From: Candidatus Micrarchaeota archaeon
GTDB lineage: Archaea; Micrarchaeota; Micrarchaeia; Micrarchaeales; CABMGC01
Direction of reading: 5' to 3'
Length of the DNA stretch: 60,256 bases
NCBI GenBank assembly: GCA_021850705.1
Contig: JAJZKU010000004.1
Span: forward strand, 1 to 60,256
The notes under the pieces were generated by a model. The model was not told the origin of the DNA and ran no database searches. It was given only the letters and a program-made list of their open reading frames with translations. A program made the translations under genes and the position numbers. Below are positions 56,733 through 60,256 of this stretch, piece after piece (position 1 is the first letter of the stretch; each line of letters opens with the position of its first letter).

Positions 56733-57017
56733 ATGAAGAATGGAATAAAGGAGATAAGCGATAAACTCTGGGACAGTCCTGATGAGAAGAACTGGAAGCT
56801 GCTCTCAGGCTCGCTCAAGAAGGCAGGGATAGCATACTACAAGACGGTATACAACAAGGGCAAGCTGAAGAACACGCAGGACCTGAAGAAGTCTTATGTG
56901 GAGCTGTATGACAGGAAAGCAGCGTTTGTAACAAAGGTCCCATTGTTCATGAAGAAAGGTAAGGAGCTCAGGGGAGCTACAATCTACCTGAAAGGGCTGC
57001 AGATAAACAATAAGTGA
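56733..57017 (+). CDS. Hypothetical protein
   Basis: 94-aa ORF tightly packed between the RHH gene and cysD. Confidence 0.6.
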   Translation: MKNGIKEISDKLWDSPDEKNWKLLSGSLKKAGIAYYKTVYNKGKLKNTQDLKKSYVELYDRKAAFVTKVPLFMKKGKELRGATIYLKGLQINNK

Positions 57018-57026
57018 AGTGGTATC

Positions 57027-57815
57027 ATGATAAAGCAGGACATAAAATCTTTGGAAGAGAGGAGCATATATATAATGCGCGAGGCGAAGTCGAACTTCAA
57101 GAACGTAGCTGCGCTATGGAGCATGGGAAAGGACAGCACGACCATGCTCGCGCTGGCAAGGAAGGCCTTTCACGGCAAGGTTCCCTTCCCTGTGATACAC
57201 ATAGACAACGGCATTGATTTTCCCGAGACCTACCAGTTCAGGGATGATCTGGCAAAGAAGTGGAAGCTGGACCTTATAGTCGGCAATAGCATAATCAAGC
57301 CCGAGATGTCAGGTTATGCCTGCTGCGGAGCAAACAAGACTGTGGCTCTCAAGAAGATACTTAAGGAGTATGGCTTTGATGCACTTATAGTCTCGATAAG
57401 GAGGGACGAGCACGGTATAAGGGCAAAGGAGCGCGTCTTCAGCCCGAGGAACAAGGACTTCAAGTGGAACTACAAGAACCAGGCTGCAGAGCTGTGGGAC
57501 AACTACTCGTCAAACGATGATTCAGACGGCCATATAAGGGTACATCCCCTGCTCGATTGGAACGAGGTTGACATATGGAACTACATAAAGAAGGAGAAGG
57601 TTCCTATGAACCCGTTGTACTTCTCAAGGGACGGATACAGGTACAGGAGCCTCGGCTGCACCCACTGCACAACCCCTGTAAAATCAAAAGCAAAGAATCT
57701 TGACCAGATCATAAAGGAGCTCGAAGCAACAGACACTGAAGAGCGTGCCGGAAGGGACCAGGATAAGGAAAAGGCATACGTCATGGAAAAGTTAAGGGCA
57801 TTGGGATATTTATAG
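57027..57815 (+). CDS. cysD: Sulfate adenylyltransferase subunit 2
   Basis: WSMGKDS, FPVIHID, RRDEHGIRAKERVFS, RVHPLLDW, YRSLGC, ERAGR. Confidence 0.92.
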   Translation: MIKQDIKSLEERSIYIMREAKSNFKNVAALWSMGKDSTTMLALARKAFHGKVPFPVIHIDNGIDFPETYQFRDDLAKKWKLDLIVGNSIIKPEMSGYACCGANKTVALKKILKEYGFDALIVSIRRDEHGIRAKERVFSPRNKDFKWNYKNQAAELWDNYSSNDDSDGHIRVHPLLDWNEVDIWNYIKKEKVPMNPLYFSRDGYRYRSLGCTHCTTPVKSKAKNLDQIIKELEATDTEERAGRDQDKEKAYVMEKLRALGYL

Positions 57816-57822
57816 TGATATT

Positions 57823-58644
57823 TTGGCTAAGCAATCCAAAGAATGGATAAGAAAACGAGTCGAATCGAGGAAAGGTTACCATCCAACAGAAGAGACATTA
57901 AGAAAACAGAGCGAGGCCAAGAAAGGATCTAAAAATCCAATGTATGGAAAACCTAGAAGCCAGGAAGCGATACAAAAATTTATTGTTACTAGAGCTGGAT
58001 ATAAGCATTCTAATGAAACACGTCAGAAGATCAGGGAAGCAAGACTCAGATTTTATAAGGAACATCCTGAAGCAATTCCAAAAGGCGAAAAAAATCCAAT
58101 GTATGGAACAATCAGTGTTTGGCGTGACAAACACCTTCCAGAAAAAATAAGATTAAAAATTAGTCAACAGCGAAAAGGCAAATATAACGGATCGGATAAC
58201 CCTTTCTTTGGAAAGAGGCATACTGAACATACAAGAGAAATAATGAAAGACAAATGGAAACACAGATCTTTCAAGGAAAAAGATAATAAGCTAGAATTAA
58301 GATTTCAGAAAGAGCTAAAAATAAGAAATATTATTTTTCAGAAACAAGCAGAGATTCTTGGAAGGCCAGACATTTTTATACAACCAAACATCTGTATATT
58401 TGTAGATGGTTGTTACTGGCATGGTTGTAAATGCAAATTCAATCCAGAATGGAGTGGCGAACATGCAGAATACATAAAGAGTAGGATGAAACATGATATT
58501 GAAGTAAACCAAAAACTTCATGAGGCAGGCTATGTTGTACTCAGATTCTGGGAACACGAAATTCTTGGAGATATCAATTCATGCATTTCAAAAATAAATT
58601 CCTATTATAAAATTGAAGATGGTAGAAAATATGATAGTAAATAG
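57823..58644 (+). mobile_element. Free-standing putative homing endonuclease gene (NUMOD3 repeats + Vsr-like nuclease)
   Basis: Repeated GSKNPMYGK / GEKNPMYG / DNPFFGKRHT and HSNETRQKI; GRPDIF, IFVDGCYWHG, VLRFWEHE; AT-rich relative to the cys genes. Confidence 0.8.
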
Positions 58645-59860
58645 GGTAACTCTCCTCGGTAACAAGGATCACGGCAAGTCGACTCTGATCGGCAGCCTTC
58701 TGATAAGCACGGGTTCGGTATCTGAACAGAGGATAAACGATGCGAAGAAGACCAGCAAGAAGCTGGGCAGGCAGTTCGAACCAGGTTACATACTCGACAG
58801 CTTCCAGGAGGAGCGGGAAAACGAGATGACAATAGATACTACAAGGGCGCAGGTCAAGTACAAGGATACGGGTTTTGAATTCATAGACGTTCCAGGACAT
58901 GAAGAGCTGATGAAGAACATGCTCAGCGGAGCTTCATATGCGGATTTTGCCCTTCTGATAGTCTCCGCGAAGAAGGACGAAGGGATAACGGAGCAGACCA
59001 AGAGGCATCTATTCGTTGCAAAGTTGATGGGCATAAACAGGATAATCGTAGCCGTGAACAAACTTGACACGGTAGGCTATGGCAAAGATCGTTTTGATGA
59101 GATAAAAACAGGCATAACCGATTACCTGCAAAGGATAGGCTTCGATGCAGAGTCAATCAGCTTCGTGCCGGTCTCCGCGTACAATTCCGAGAATCTGGTA
59201 AGAAGATCCAAGAGCATGAAGTGGTACAAGGGGAACAGCCTGATAGACACGCTTGTAGAATTATCGCATTCAAGGAAGAGGAGCAATGGCAAGGAGCTGC
59301 TTATCCTTCTTCAGGGAACTTCCGAGGATGACAGAAAATCAGTCTTCGGAAAGGTACTATCAGGAGAACTGAGAAAAGGGGAGAGGATAAAGATACTCCC
59401 TGACGGCAAGGAAGCAGATGTAAAGCAGATCTTCGTAAGCGGAAGAAAGCGTTCAAAGGCAACATTCGGCAATGTCGTTACACTGGAGCTGAACAGGGAG
59501 ATAGGGAATGGTGTAAAGGGATCGGTGGCATGCACCAACACGAAAGCATGCAGGGTAGAGAGCTCCGCAGATGCCCTATTCTTCGATACAAGGCCGCTCA
59601 AAGGCAGATTATCGATAAAGATGAACAGTGTAGAGATACCGTGCAGGAAGGTAGTGATCGACAGAACCGTGGATATAGCTACAGGAAACATAAAGAATAA
59701 TGGCAGCATAAAGCCACTGCAGGCAGCATACATCAGGCTGACATTCCCAAGGGATATAGCATTCGAGGACTTCGAAAAGATACCGGAACTGGGAAGGTTT
59801 GTCCTCTATTCCGATAAGAAGTTCGCAGGAATAGGGGTCATAAAGGACCAGTCTCGTTAA
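58631..59860 (+). CDS. cysN: Sulfate adenylyltransferase subunit 1 (EF-1alpha-like GTPase)
   Basis: GNKDHGKST, EERENEMTID, DVPGH, NKLD, PVSA, LGRFVL; follows cysD. Confidence 0.85.
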   Translation: MIVNRVTLLGNKDHGKSTLIGSLLISTGSVSEQRINDAKKTSKKLGRQFEPGYILDSFQEERENEMTIDTTRAQVKYKDTGFEFIDVPGHEELMKNMLSGASYADFALLIVSAKKDEGITEQTKRHLFVAKLMGINRIIVAVNKLDTVGYGKDRFDEIKTGITDYLQRIGFDAESISFVPVSAYNSENLVRRSKSMKWYKGNSLIDTLVELSHSRKRSNGKELLILLQGTSEDDRKSVFGKVLSGELRKGERIKILPDGKEADVKQIFVSGRKRSKATFGNVVTLELNREIGNGVKGSVACTNTKACRVESSADALFFDTRPLKGRLSIKMNSVEIPCRKVVIDRTVDIATGNIKNNGSIKPLQAAYIRLTFPRDIAFEDFEKIPELGRFVLYSDKKFAGIGVIKDQSR

Positions 59861-59887
59861 CAAATTCCATTAGCATAATCAATAAAT

Positions 59888-60256
59888 TCAGGAATACTCC
59901 TTCCACATCTTCCAGAATGTCCTGCGCATGCTCTCCACCGAATCCTTATCGTGCATTATCTCTATTATCTCGACATTCCTGCGCATTCCCCTATAGGTCA
60001 GGTTTGCAGAGCCCGAGATGGCCTCATCTTCAGAGATGTACATTTTAGCATGGACAAACCTCTTCGGAATTACCAATGAGATGTTCCTGTTGCCAGTTAC
60101 AGATGCAAAGTACCCTATAATGAGAGTCAGTGCAACTGCAAGGAGAGCATATGCATAAAGACCGTAAAGAATCCCTATGTACAGCTCAACAGCTGAGAGC
60201 AGGATTGCAAGGAGGAAGCGCAGGATTGAGAATCTCTTCCCAAGAATCTTTATCGC
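59888..60256 (-). CDS. PLD-superfamily protein with TM segments (3' part; starts beyond the window)
   Basis: Frame open from 60256; hydrophobic helices then HAKMYISED...GSANLT...NVE. Confidence 0.75.
   Translation of the reverse strand, partial: AIKILGKRFSILRFLLAILLSAVELYIGILYGLYAYALLAVALTLIIGYFASVTGNRNISLVIPKRFVHAKMYISEDEAISGSANLTYRGMRRNVEIIEIMHDKDSVESMRRTFWKMWKEYS

Noticed and set aside
58631-59860. EF-1alpha
   Set aside because: G1 motif is GNKDHGKST, the C-terminal domains are divergent, and the gene follows cysD, so CysN is more likely
1-60256. tRNA or rRNA genes
   Set aside because: No cloverleaf or rRNA-like segment recognised by eye; tRNAscan-SE and Infernal would be needed to exclude them

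Overview
Archaeal genomic window, most consistent with a small-genome DPANN archaeon such as Micrarchaeota (inference from the archaeal-type AspRS, SelB-like protein, GGTGA ribosome-binding sites, TATA-type promoters and single-domain KaiC-like ATPase). About 1-23 kb is mostly housekeeping: aspS, msrA/msrB, MFS and cation/H+ transporters, MinD, a HemK-like methyltransferase, an HTH-sufB(intein)-sufD-sufC-sufS operon, a ferredoxin reductase, an M1 aminopeptidase and bcp. About 23-53.6 kb is a visibly AT-richer accessory region with four parts. (i) An array of co-oriented Nudix/HAD/CYTH/kinase genes. (ii) A tandem-Lrp regulator with a transposase-like N-terminus beside two convergent operons: KaiC-like ATPase, LuxC-like acyl reductase, V4R versus hypothetical, FIST, LuxE/PaaK-like synthetase. 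This is the best candidate for an undescribed signal-synthesis and sensing system. (iii) A 4.3 kb cassette between 489-bp direct repeats carrying an S41 peptidase and a Lrp / DUF6879-like / small-partner module. (iv) Two PEP-utilizer-type dikinases with unrecognised C-terminal domains, two HADs, two specificity-altered Ham1 proteins, CYTH and a methyltransferase. The end holds a SelB-like gene, an aroB-like gene, vapBC, and cysD-cysN separated by a NUMOD3-Vsr endonuclease gene. No rRNA, tRNA or CRISPR array was recognised. All family calls come from motifs read by eye, with no database searches.
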